DNA of 64,000 nucleotides from a virus: the IMG/VR virus record IMGVR_UViG_3300020048_000026, positions 90,854 to 154,853 of that record. One strand, given 5' to 3'. The position numbers and the translations under genes were made by a program. The notes under the pieces were generated by a model, which did not search any database, was not told the origin of the DNA, and saw only the letters and a program-made list of their open reading frames with translations. Positions 58,009 through 64,000 of the stretch are shown here, one piece after another (positions within the stretch are counted from its first letter, which is position 1; each line of letters starts with the position of its first letter).

Positions 58009-60464
58009 TCCCATCTAGTGTTTTTAGAATTATCAGTATATAATTGTCTAGAAGCATTATCTGCTAAAATGAGATAGTTTGAATCATCTATTATTCTTTG
58101 TAATAACACATTAGATTTTGATTCATCTGGAACTACATCACTAAATATTCTTATATTTGTTAATTTCATATCAGAAGCATGAAGTGTTATAGTTTTATTA
58201 ATATTGAAACTTAATGGAACACTATCATATTCAGCTGATGCTAATTTTAATAAATTAGTATCAGTTAATTTAACATTGATTTCAGTATTTTTAACTGGTT
58301 TATATCCAATTGATTTATAATATGTTATACCAGTTAAATCTGTTGCATCAACTACAACACTTTGGTAATTACTTGTAAACATTGTTATGTTGTAATTATA
58401 ATTTCTTTTGAATAAATCTAAACTAACTTTTCTTTGTCTATTATCTAGGTTTATTGTTAAACCATACCAAATATTGGTTGTTAAGCCTGATACATCTAGA
58501 TAATAAACTAAATTGTTTATAGTTAATAATACTTGTTTATTACAATATGAAATTTTATAACCTTTTGAAATAAATGAATCAAAATTATCTAATAGTTGAA
58601 ATTGTGAATTATTACTTACTGTATATGATTTAAAAACATCTTCATCTATAATTTTATTTGGATCATATTTATTATTGAAATTAAACCATAAGTTGAATGC
58701 TCTATTATCACTAACTTCTAAAGTAGAGTCTTGCAATGAATATGTTACGGCAGTTTCTCCAATCGGTAATGATGATAAATTATAATATGTACTTGCTATT
58801 TTAGTACCATATAAAGAATTAAAAATATCTTTTTTAACGATTGATAATTTAGGATTTATGTCTAATCTATATACTTCATGAGTAGTTGGTTTGAATTGTA
58901 AGTTAACAACTTTATTTTCTTCTTGTTTATTATCAAAGCCAAATAATGCATCAATTGTGTTATTTTTTGTTAATGGATCAATTAATGCTTTAGAAGCAGC
59001 AGATAGATTTTGTTCGTTTGCAAGTTTTTCGTATTTTTTCAATACTACTGTATAATAAATTCCTAAGTACATTACATCTCTATGTACTTGTGCGTGTTCA
59101 ACTCTATAAAAGCGGTTAGCTTGACAAAAGAAGATTATATCTTTTTGACTTGGTCTTTTTTCAATTCCAAATGCTTTATGAAATTCGTCCTTCATTATAT
59201 TGATAGTAAAACTATCCATAGAATCTAAGAAATATTCATTAATCTGAATTTGATTATCTGGAAAATTATTTTCAGGAACAATAACTTTAATTTTTTGAAC
59301 ATCAACAATATTAAACAATTGATATTCATGTAGATATTTATCAATTCCTTTTCCATCAGGATCAGTTAAATGATAATCAACAGTCCAACCTAATATTTTA
59401 TTTGTGCTATTGGCTAACATATTATAAAATTCACCTATTTTTTGTGTATTATATGGGTCATAATTTCCAGCTTCTGCTGTTGCTGAACTATTCTGAGCGT
59501 TTAAATTTGCAATAACATTACCAGTTAAATAGCAACTTAATCCTTTTGTGAACCAATCTCTATTATAATTATAAGAAGTACCATCACCTTTATAAGATGT
59601 TTTTCCATTTAAACAGACTGCGTTTGTACCTGTTGTCATACCACTTGTACTTCCTGTATCACTAAAACTTGGATTTGTAGATGAGCAGTCTTCTCTAACA
59701 CCATATCTATTTGTTTTAAGATAATAGTTATTAATATTCTGAAAATCACCTAATAATATAATATCATAAACTTTTGATGTTATACCTGTATTAATTGGTG
59801 TGATTCCATATTGTACTTGTGCAAATCTAACTGGATTTAATTTTATTGTAGAGATATTCTCATTTGTTAGAGGTTCCCATGGAGTATATGTTCTACCATT
59901 ATCTTGTGTAAATCTATATTTAATTGTTAAATTATTAGTATTTACTCCATATAATTCATATCCTGTTAATTTGAAAACTTTATAAATATCTTTTGGTGAT
60001 AAAAGGTAGCCTTCATCTGGTATTTCAATAATTTCATCAGTTTCTTCAATATCATAGGTGCCTTCAATTACAATACTATTAATAGTAAGTGAAATGCCAT
60101 CTGTTGAATTTGTGGTGTCTATTCTATAATATTGTAAATTTAAATAAAGTAAATTATAAGGACAGTAATCTCCCGTTATACCAGTAATTGGTGCTGGTTC
60201 ACTCCAAGAAATACCTGTAGTTCCAACATATGTAACACCACTACTACGAATATTACTATAGGAAAAATATTTTTTGAAATAATGTTGAGATGTTTCACCT
60301 CTTACGATATCCGTAAAATTAGTTATAGTTTTAATGCTTTTTGCTGGAGGATCAATTGAAAATATTTTTATATCATGTGTTTTTCCGCTGGAAACTTCCT
60401 CCGGAGAACCAATCCAACTCATAGTAAATGTGCCATCAAATTTAGGTGTATAGAAATATTGCAT
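58005..60464 (-). CDS. Neck/head-completion protein (T4 gp14-like core) with N- and C-terminal extensions
   Basis: F.I.I.K.EF...F....RP.QKDIIF...NRFYRV gp14-like segment; LamG-like C-terminus (WYGLTINL, NIRIF). Confidence 0.55.
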   Translation of the reverse strand: MQYFYTPKFDGTFTMSWIGSPEEVSSGKTHDIKIFSIDPPAKSIKTITNFTDIVRGETSQHYFKKYFSYSNIRSSGVTYVGTTGISWSEPAPITGITGDYCPYNLLYLNLQYYRIDTTNSTDGISLTINSIVIEGTYDIEETDEIIEIPDEGYLLSPKDIYKVFKLTGYELYGVNTNNLTIKYRFTQDNGRTYTPWEPLTNENISTIKLNPVRFAQVQYGITPINTGITSKVYDIILLGDFQNINNYYLKTNRYGVREDCSSTNPSFSDTGSTSGMTTGTNAVCLNGKTSYKGDGTSYNYNRDWFTKGLSCYLTGNVIANLNAQNSSATAEAGNYDPYNTQKIGEFYNMLANSTNKILGWTVDYHLTDPDGKGIDKYLHEYQLFNIVDVQKIKVIVPENNFPDNQIQINEYFLDSMDSFTINIMKDEFHKAFGIEKRPSQKDIIFFCQANRFYRVEHAQVHRDVMYLGIYYTVVLKKYEKLANEQNLSAASKALIDPLTKNNTIDALFGFDNKQEENKVVNLQFKPTTHEVYRLDINPKLSIVKKDIFNSLYGTKIASTYYNLSSLPIGETAVTYSLQDSTLEVSDNRAFNLWFNFNNKYDPNKIIDEDVFKSYTVSNNSQFQLLDNFDSFISKGYKISYCNKQVLLTINNLVYYLDVSGLTTNIWYGLTINLDNRQRKVSLDLFKRNYNYNITMFTSNYQSVVVDATDLTGITYYKSIGYKPVKNTEINVKLTDTNLLKLASAEYDSVPLSFNINKTITLHASDMKLTNIRIFSDVVPDESKSNVLLQRIIDDSNYLILADNASRQLYTDNSKNTRWE

Positions 60465-60538
60465 CTAGAGATGTATGTTTTTTCTTTATATATAAAAAAT
60501 AGATTGTGGAATTTTATATATAAAGAAAAATCTTTTTT

Positions 60539-61309
60539 ATGACAAAGATAGTGCCTAATGACCTTCTTAAACCAACTGAAAAGACAATAAAAAATTGGAA
60601 TTGTTCTTTTATTGCAGTTGAAGGTCCAAATATTTTAGATAAACTAAGTTTAGAGGATTTAGCAATTCCTTATGAATCACAATATAGATCCAGAATAGTA
60701 TTAAAAGCTGGTGATATGGATCAACCTTTAATATATGGTTTTATTGGTAAAGCAGTAACTTTTTTGATGATTAAAGTCACTTATGATAGTGTTAATGACC
60801 CTTATTATACATATGAACAAGAAAATTATAATATTACATATTATTTTGAGAATGATCCTACCTTGAGACCAATAGGGCGATTAATGATACAAACTGGTTC
60901 TGCTGATAATAGAATTCCTCAAATATACTTGAATAATCCATTAGATTATGATGTTGTTTTAGATGTATTACATGCTACAACAGATTCTGATTTTGGTACT
61001 GGTTCTACATTTGATTATCATCCAAAATTTAGTATAACTAATATAAATACATCATATACAGGCTCCACAAATGATGAATATATAAGATGTTCTGGTACAA
61101 CTGATTCTGGCTCAACTTATACCGTAGTTTTACCAGCAGCAACAGGTTCTGGTAATTTTTTAACTATTAAAAACATTGTTAATGGTACAATAACTATAGT
61201 GCCCCAAGATACTGAGACAATTGATTATAATATTACTCCACTAACTAGAAATATAGCAGGAGTTTTGAGATTATTAGATGCTGAAGTTGGAAACTGGGAT
61301 GTAATATAA
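60539..61309 (+). CDS. Probable virion protein, paralog of 61325
   Basis: Shared N-domain (DL.IPY...SR.VL.A...FL..KVTY...NITYYFE...PIGRL...P.IYLNNPLDY.V...VLHA); C-terminal tail-fibre-like YTVVLPAA...W segment. Confidence 0.65.
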   Translation: MTKIVPNDLLKPTEKTIKNWNCSFIAVEGPNILDKLSLEDLAIPYESQYRSRIVLKAGDMDQPLIYGFIGKAVTFLMIKVTYDSVNDPYYTYEQENYNITYYFENDPTLRPIGRLMIQTGSADNRIPQIYLNNPLDYDVVLDVLHATTDSDFGTGSTFDYHPKFSITNINTSYTGSTNDEYIRCSGTTDSGSTYTVVLPAATGSGNFLTIKNIVNGTITIVPQDTETIDYNITPLTRNIAGVLRLLDAEVGNWDVI

Positions 61310-61324
61310 AAAAAGAAATTTAAA

Positions 61325-62878
61325 TTGACAAGAATTGTAACTAATAGCCTTTTACAACCTACTAATAGAACTATCAGTAATGTAAATTCTGTATTTATGA
61401 CTAATGATGGTCCAAATTTATCAACTAAGATAGATTTGATTGATTTGGGTATTCCATATGATACTCATTATATTTCAAGATTAGTCTTACCTGCGAATGC
61501 TGAAAATTTTCTATTAAATTATGGTACATTAACAAACACTACTTTTTTATTATTAAAAGTTACATATAATGGTGATTATGATAATCCTAAAGAGGATGAT
61601 ATGGATCCATATTATAGACAAGAACCAGAAACTTTTAATATAACATATTATTTTGAAGGTAATACAGGTGCGACATTTCCAATAGGAAGATTATTACTTT
61701 TAAGTGGGTCATTTCTAAATAAATTACCAAAAATTTATTTAAATAATCCATTAGATTATGGTGTTTCTGTACATGTATTACATGCAAATATTGAACCCTA
61801 TAAGGTAGTACCAACAACTACAGGAATAACCATTACCAATTTATATTATAGTGATATAACTACAAATCAAGTTCAATGTTTAGTTAATAGTGGATTAACT
61901 GGTTCTACTGCTTTTATTGTTTCAGGATATACGGGGGAAATAATTATACCATATAGCGCGATAACTTATATTCAGAGAGATTTACCTTTATTATCAATAT
62001 ATGTATTTACAACTACAATGGGTACAATAACTTTAAAATTTCTAACAGAATTTGATTGTAATCAGGCATATTCTAGAATGATGTTTGCAATGGTAGAAGA
62101 TACTTGTAGATATTTAACAGAAGATAATGTTTATGGTGGAATATGTAGCGGTTCTACAGATACAACATCACCTGTAATATACTATAATAATTCAATATAT
62201 TGGTCTGGTAGTGGTACAACAATACCTTATGATGTTGTTTTACCTTCTGGAACAACTTGGACTATTGACCAATTAAAATATTTGTTTATAAGCGGTATAA
62301 CTGATTGTTGGGATGGTAATATTCCTATATCAGCAGTTACATTAGAATTGTTTAATAATTGCTATAACACCACGGGAATAACCGGGGATGGTATATATAA
62401 CATTATCATAACTATAATAGATAATGCGGGAAATATAACATCTAATAATATTATAAATATTGTAGTTGATAGTTTACCTCCAGTTATTGAATATCAGTAT
62501 GGTGTATTGAATTCAGGTTTAACTGGTGATACAATAACTTATTCGGGTGCAAGTTCTGGTATAACTTCAAATATAATAATTTCAAATGGATTCATTTTAA
62601 CAGGAACTACAATATCAATAATTACTTTTTCTGGTGTTACAGGAATAACAACTGGATTTACAAATTTAGATAGAATGGATATATTAACTAATATAGTGGA
62701 AGGTGTTTATGATATAGTGGATTTAAGTTTGAATAAGTATATGTTAAATGTTTTAATTGTTGATGAATCTCTAACATATACAGAAGTATCAGTTGCAAAA
62801 GATTATTGTGTTAAATTATCTATAATTGATATTGGTGGAAACGAAGCTGTTGATTATTTAATAATGAGAGTAGTTTAA
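61325..62878 (+). CDS. Probable virion protein with Ig-like (D...PVI) repeats, paralog of 60539
   Basis: Shared N-domain; DTTSPVI, DSLPPVI, DNAGN; dense [ST]GxT. Confidence 0.65.
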   Translation: MTRIVTNSLLQPTNRTISNVNSVFMTNDGPNLSTKIDLIDLGIPYDTHYISRLVLPANAENFLLNYGTLTNTTFLLLKVTYNGDYDNPKEDDMDPYYRQEPETFNITYYFEGNTGATFPIGRLLLLSGSFLNKLPKIYLNNPLDYGVSVHVLHANIEPYKVVPTTTGITITNLYYSDITTNQVQCLVNSGLTGSTAFIVSGYTGEIIIPYSAITYIQRDLPLLSIYVFTTTMGTITLKFLTEFDCNQAYSRMMFAMVEDTCRYLTEDNVYGGICSGSTDTTSPVIYYNNSIYWSGSGTTIPYDVVLPSGTTWTIDQLKYLFISGITDCWDGNIPISAVTLELFNNCYNTTGITGDGIYNIIITIIDNAGNITSNNIINIVVDSLPPVIEYQYGVLNSGLTGDTITYSGASSGITSNIIISNGFILTGTTISIITFSGVTGITTGFTNLDRMDILTNIVEGVYDIVDLSLNKYMLNVLIVDESLTYTEVSVAKDYCVKLSIIDIGGNEAVDYLIMRVV

Positions 62879-63216
62879 CGAATTATTTGAACTGAAATTT
62901 TCTTTGAGGTTTCTTGTAATATTTCTGCCTCTATGTATGTTTTCATTAATTCTGCTTTAATTTTTTTAGAACCTTTTTTTCCTGCTGTCCAATCAACATA
63001 AACTTTTATTAATTCAATATCATTTTCATCATGTCTTCTAAGTTCATCATATAAAGATTCTCTATCATAATGTAAAGGAACTCTGGGACCTTGTCCACCT
63101 CCACCGCCTCTTTTTCTAAATACAATTTCATAACTAACCAATATCATACCTTTTGTGATATTAGAAATATTTAATAAACCTTTAGTTATTAAATTAGTTG
63201 TGATGTGATTTACCAT
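62875..63216 (-). CDS. Hypothetical protein
   Basis: 113 aa, GGGGG linker. Confidence 0.6.
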   Translation of the reverse strand: MVNHITTNLITKGLLNISNITKGMILVSYEIVFRKRGGGGGQGPRVPLHYDRESLYDELRRHDENDIELIKVYVDWTAGKKGSKKIKAELMKTYIEAEILQETSKKISVQIIR

Positions 63217-63224
63217 TAGTGAAG

Positions 63225-63875
63225 TTAATTTTTAACCACTTTATAATCTATCAGTAAGCCATTAGCATCATAAGATGCATTCATTGTATAATTTGCAAAA
63301 TTATTAACATTATTATCACAATCAGATTTTGTATAAAAAAGTTTAATTGTAACAGATGTTAATCTATTGCCACTATCATAAACATGACCACTTAATCTGT
63401 AATTTTGTTGCGATAAACCTAAAATATGTTTAACATCTAAACTTAAATCAACAATTGAAGAACTAATATTATCTAAATCTTGTGTAATTCCACTCAATGT
63501 TGTTGTAATTCCAGTTAATGAACTCTCAACATTATTTATTCCAGGTATATCTGAATTTTTTGATAAAATAGTAGAACCTGAATTTATATATGGAACAGTA
63601 TAATCATCAGAATATAGATTATCATGAATGGTCAAATTTAAATTTTGAACCAAAACTATCCAATTATTAATTAGAAAATAATAACTAGGTGCATTTTGAT
63701 TTTGTGTTGTTGGATCACCACCAAATGTTCTAAATGCTGGTAACCATTTAGAATTATCAGATTCTTGAACCCATTTCTTCCATTCAACATAAAGATCAAG
63801 TTTAACATCAATATCTGTAATACCTGTATTAATTGTAATAATTTTTGTTACTCCATCAAAAGTCACTTTGCTCAT
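63225..63875 (-). CDS. Probable tail-associated structural protein
   Basis: VTFDG..K.I.I..G...IDVK.DLY.EWK.W..GGDP...YFL.N.W; late motif at 63884-63892. Confidence 0.6.
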   Translation of the reverse strand: MSKVTFDGVTKIITINTGITDIDVKLDLYVEWKKWVQESDNSKWLPAFRTFGGDPTTQNQNAPSYYFLINNWIVLVQNLNLTIHDNLYSDDYTVPYINSGSTILSKNSDIPGINNVESSLTGITTTLSGITQDLDNISSSIVDLSLDVKHILGLSQQNYRLSGHVYDSGNRLTSVTIKLFYTKSDCDNNVNNFANYTMNASYDANGLLIDYKVVKN

Positions 63876-63910
63876 ATTCTATATATATATTAAATTAAAT
63901 TCATTTACAA

Positions 63911-64000
63911 TTATTTTACTAAAAATCTTCCGTTTTCATCAACCAAAATTCTTGTATTTTTTGTCCAAATAAATGATGGTATTTTAGTAAATATCCAACC
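63911..64000 (-). CDS. 3' end of a gene truncated by the window edge
   Basis: Open frame GWIFTKIPSFIWTKNTRILVDENGRFLVK-stop. Confidence 0.5.
   Translation of the reverse strand, partial: GWIFTKIPSFIWTKNTRILVDENGRFLVK

Noticed and set aside
1086-61817. Short shadow ORFs in the track (e.g. 1086, 3418, 4102, 6907, 9453, 10230, 10443, 12205, 12321, 14802, 21154, 23516, 23920, 25970, 30448, 30518, 33146, 33270, 35009, 35486, 40670, 42477, 53072, 59800, 61635)
   Set aside because: Overlap longer, motif-bearing genes on the opposite strand or in another frame, and lack their own promoter or initiation context
1-64000. Stop-codon recoding (TAG or TGA read-through) as in some jumbo phages
   Set aside because: Conserved genes are intact in code 11, coding density is high, and TAG/TGA act as stops at gene junctions (e.g. 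29640, 37690, 43184)
1-64000. CRISPR array, tRNA or rRNA genes
   Set aside because: No repeat-spacer array or cloverleaf with T-loop/CCA was seen; repeats found are intragenic tandem repeats or promoter copies

Overview
Very AT-rich, gene-dense 64-kb segment of a large T4-like (jumbo) tailed phage genome, standard genetic code. The host is most likely a Bacteroidetes/Bacteroidota bacterium, inferred from TAnnTTTG -7 promoter elements. Recognisable genes: gp46/SbcC-like ATPase, UvsY-like protein, UvsW helicase, DinG-like helicase, a single-chain (GyrB+GyrA fused) type IIA topoisomerase, thymidylate synthase, RNase H, glycosyltransferase, SAM methyltransferase, TIGR02452-type macrodomain, GNAT, DarT-like ADP-ribosyltransferase, HD hydrolase, 2H phosphoesterase, TPM protein, c-type cytochrome, stand-alone response regulator, a tape-measure-like membrane repeat protein, a gp14-like neck protein and several large probable virion proteins. 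The most striking unexplained structure is a set of short peptide tags on otherwise unrelated proteins. (1) An N-terminal MK(Y/H)(L/I)KxFE-type motif, resembling the T4 capsid-targeting sequence, is usually paired with a C-terminal (A)xKYNL-stop motif and sits behind T(T/A)ATATATA late-type promoters. (2) A mutually exclusive C-terminal R(K)xKLxK(I/L) motif sits behind host-type or AAC-N18-TA promoters. (3) An [S/T]-G-x-T motif recurs densely in probable virion proteins. There is also a ~200-nt highly structured non-coding RNA candidate at about 16425-16620 (minus strand) and two small ORFs missed by the ORF track. All family calls are from motif recognition by eye; no database searches were run.
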